The notes under the pieces are model-generated. The model saw nothing but the letters and a program-made list of their open reading frames with translations. It made no database searches and was not told the DNA's origin. Positions 61,351 through 64,000 of a DNA stretch of 64,000 bases are shown piece by piece. The stretch comes from the human T2T-CHM13v2.0 reference genome, Homo sapiens. Made by a program: the position numbers and the translations under genes. Position 1 is the first letter of the stretch, and every line of letters begins with the position of its first letter. The DNA lies in NCBI GenBank assembly GCA_009914755.4, contig CP068257.2:44608001-44672000 (forward strand), read 5' to 3'.

Positions 61351-61510
61351 TTAAGATTTTCAATCAGTTCCACCAAATAAAGTGATCTGATTGCGCGTGC
61401 ATCTGTATTTTTACAGACCGTATTATCACTTGTACTGATTGGTCTTCTCTTACACTTTAACCCCAGGTTCCGTTGCAAACATTTTTAAAGGGCTGGTTAT
61501 TCTTCCTGAA

Positions 61511-61720
61511 ATGAGTTTGGTGATTAGAAATCTGCAGCGAGTCATCCCCATCAGGAGAGCGCCACTTCGCAGTAAGATCGAGATTGTAAGGAGGATTTTA
61601 GGAGTGCAGAAATTTGACCTGGGGATCATCTGTGTTGACAACAAGAATATTCAGCACATTAATAGAATCTACAGAGATAGAAATGTCCCAACCGATGTGC
61701 TTTCTTTTCCATTTCATGAG
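61511..61720 (+). CDS. YBEY: YBEY (rRNA maturation endoribonuclease YbeY homolog) first coding exon: [70 protein letters not shown] (exon begins at acceptor ~61416)
   Basis: ORF 61439..61921(+). The acceptor is tttttacag|ACC at 61415/61416, and the ATG at 61511 has A at -3. The donor is CATGAG|gtaaaa at 61721. Length is 210 nt, 70 codons. Confidence 0.9.
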
Positions 61721-61807
61721 GTAAAAAAAAAATGTTCCTCTTCTTGTCTAGCCCATCTTCCCAGAGTAAATTTCCTGTCGTTTTGTTTTGTTTTGTTTTG
61801 TTTTTTA

Positions 61808-62097
61808 ATTGAGACGGAGTCTTGCTCTGTCACCCAGGCTGGAGTGCAGTGGTGCGATCTCGGCTCACTGCAACCTCCCTTCCTGGTTCAAGTGATTCTT
61901 TTGCCTCAGCCTCCCCAGTAGGTGGGACCACAGATGCTGGCCACCACGCCTGGCTAATTTTTTTTTGTCAGTATTTTTAGTAGAGACGGGGGTTTTACCA
62001 TGTTGGCCAGGCTGCTCCTGAACTGATCTCAGGTGATCTGCCTGCCTCGGGCTTCCCAGAGTGTTGGGATTACAGGCGTGAGCCAGAGCACCCGGCC
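61808..62097 (-). mobile_element. Alu in YBEY intron after first coding exon
   Basis: Alu-consensus match. Confidence 0.9.
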
Positions 62098-62301
62098 TAA
62101 ATTTCATGTATTAATTATATTATAGGCTAGGCTCCATGGTGCCTATAAGTATATATGTTACAGACATGATTTTTAATTTTAATTTTGAAAATTTTCAAAT
62201 ATACACAAAAGTAGAGAGAGCAGTATATTCAGCCTCCACTGATCGAGGCCCATCACCCAGAGTCTACAATTACACTGGTAACCCAGCAGGAAAAAGAAAG
62301 G

Positions 62302-62625
<324 letters not shown>

Positions 62626-62994
62626 AAGAAAAAGGTGACTAGCGTCCACCCCCCTTCCCCTCCTAATGCTCTCAGTGAATTAGAAGAGAGAAGCAAACTG
62701 CTTCTGCAATATTTTTGCAGTTTTAAGTGGGATTCGTTAATGAATATGTGCACATTGGAAAAATTAAAACAACACTGAAAATAAACAGACTGGGGTAAAT
62801 ATTTCCAACAAACTCAATGTAATAGCAGTCAGGTTATTATCTACATTCTGTAGATGACTTCATTCAAGGCTTCCCACATTGTAGCAGCAGGAATTGGAGC
62901 AATCCTTTGGGAAAGCAACTTGGCATTTCAAACACACGTATCCTTTAGTCCTGTGGTGACACACCCAAGACAATAAACCAAAAGGCAGAAGAGG

Positions 62995-63313
<319 letters not shown>

Positions 63314-63316
63314 TCA

Positions 63317-63640
<324 letters not shown>

Positions 63641-64000
63641 CTGTAATAGGAAAATAAGAGGAGCATCCTAAATATCCAGCCATAGGTGACTGGCTTAGTG
63701 TGAACAGTCCTTAACTAAGTGGACTGGTCTTTATAGTCTTTATGTGGAAAATGTGAAAGACTCTTTAGGACAAAATACCAAGTGGAAAGAACAGGAATAT
63801 ACAGTCGTGTCCATGTGATGATTTAACTCTGTAGAAGTTGTGGATCTGCGTGATTCTGCATTGGGAGGGATGAAAGAAATGAAAAGCCATTTGACAAGGT
63901 GATAGCAACCTAAACAAACAGGCTTTTAAAGAAAAGGATGTTTATTTGGGATAGAGCATTGCAGTGAAAATACATGCCACATGCCATAGTAGACTGTGTG

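Noticed and set aside
60449-61478. ORFs 60670..61308(+) 212 aa, 60672..61034(+), 60744..61109(-), 60835..61143(-) and 61058..61363(-)
   Set aside because: This is the MCM3AP/YBEY CpG island. The ORFs are Arg/Pro/Gly-rich, mutually overlapping and on both strands, which is a compositional artefact.

Overview
This window is human genomic DNA, saturated with about 50 primate Alu elements, and it matches the LSS–MCM3AP–YBEY locus that established knowledge places on chromosome 21q22.3. Three protein-coding genes were recognised directly from translated exons.

- **LSS (lanosterol synthase), minus strand.** The 5' end is present: coding exons 1-3 at 3303→2110, sitting in a CpG-island promoter.
- **MCM3AP / GANP, minus strand.** The whole coding region is present: 28 coding exons from the ATG at 59883 to the TGA at 9823-9825. 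The splice-joined CDS sums to exactly 5943 nt (1980 codons plus stop), and every intron shows a GT donor and AG acceptor except the weak sites noted in the findings.
- **YBEY, plus strand.** The first coding exon is present at 61511..61720. It is transcribed divergently from a CpG island (~60400-61350) shared with MCM3AP.

All remaining listed ORFs are explained by Alu/L1/LTR repeats, GC-rich CpG-island DNA, a minisatellite, or antisense frames of real exons. I find no evidence of a novel or prokaryote-style system.

The most notable non-genic features are:
- a G-rich 28-bp tandem repeat and a triple GC-box in the LSS promoter;
- an intronic ~37-bp VNTR (39200-39650);
- a THE1/MaLR LTR carrying an amplified 60-bp × 8 internal array (28105-28590);
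- two intronic low-copy duplications;
- several non-consensus donor sites;
- a non-canonical GATAAA poly(A) signal for MCM3AP only ~6.3 kb upstream of the LSS promoter.

Coordinates were derived by hand and may be off by ±1-2 nt.
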